The notes below the pieces were generated by a model. That model was not told the DNA's origin. It worked only from the letters and a program-made list of their open reading frames with translations, and did no database searches. A stretch of 64,000 nt of DNA from the NCBI GenBank assembly GCA_035221665.1, contig CM069149.1, positions 19,282,001-19,346,000 of the forward strand, read 5' to 3'. Numbering within the stretch: position 1 is the stretch's first letter; each line of letters starts with the position of its first letter. Below, in pieces: positions 63,788-64,000 of the stretch. The position numbers were made by a program, and so were the translations under genes. The DNA is from Okamejei kenojei. Its lineage: Eukaryota.

Positions 63788-64000
63788 CCAGCTCCGTGGG
63801 GAGGAGTGGTGCCCAAGCCAGGCTGATGGAGAGCTTGTGCTATGCAGCACCTGTTTCAGGGCTGCAGAACTATCCTGCCTGTGAGGAGGATGTTCCAGCT
63901 CCGTGAGGAGGAGTGATGCCCAAGCCAGGCTGATGGAGAGCTTGTGCTAGCAGCACCTGTTTCAGGGCTGCAGAACTATCCTGCCTGTGAGGAGGATGTT
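63788..64000. repeat. 107-bp tandem repeat (at least 2 units, continues off the window)
   Basis: CCAGCTCCGTG...GAGGAGGATGTT starts at 63788 and 63895; the units are nearly identical. Confidence 0.9.

Larger units (their letters stand above)
63152..64000 (+). mobile_element. 5' end of a third DIRS-like element, running off the window
   Basis: Begins ATTTTACTTCGGAGTCACGTGAGTGA, identical to the ICR at 58472 and similar to the 62907 terminus. It is followed by CRE-like TGACGTCA and GCG|GTAAGT, and carries a Penelope/hammerhead insert at about 63297-63380. Confidence 0.7.

Overview
Eukaryotic, repeat-dense non-coding DNA, most likely from a cartilaginous fish (skate/ray). This is inferred from the HE1/V-SINE-like tRNA SINEs with CR1-derived tails, abundant CR1 and Penelope fragments, and Deu-SINE-like relics. 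I find no host protein-coding exon that I can support. The window is a layered archive of mobile elements. It holds a rearranged L1 (1-4104) inserted into a decayed DIRS; Rex1/Babar, CR1 and L1/Tx1 LINE fragments; a HERO-type RLE retrotransposon (about 50220-52535); and Harbinger-like and hAT-like non-autonomous DNA transposons, one carrying an N-gapped (TG)n-containing minisatellite array (55139-57075). A structurally complete DIRS1-type tyrosine-recombinase retrotransposon (58174-62907; gag, RT, RNase H, adenine-methyltransferase-like domain, YR, ITRs and ICR) sits head-to-head with a third DIRS starting at 63152. The most notable signals are: minimal hammerhead-ribozyme cores (CUGAAGA...GAAAC-GUC) carried by dispersed Penelope-derived repeats, one inserted with a TSD exactly at the ribozyme core; a candidate spliceosomal 5'-UTR intron in the DIRS whose donor sites recur in all three DIRS copies; and several insertion scars (inverted templated patch, long flanking duplications, possible SINE 3' transduction). 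All TE ORFs are frameshifted. Family calls come from recognised motifs, not from database searches, and boundaries are approximate unless a TSD or TIR is quoted.
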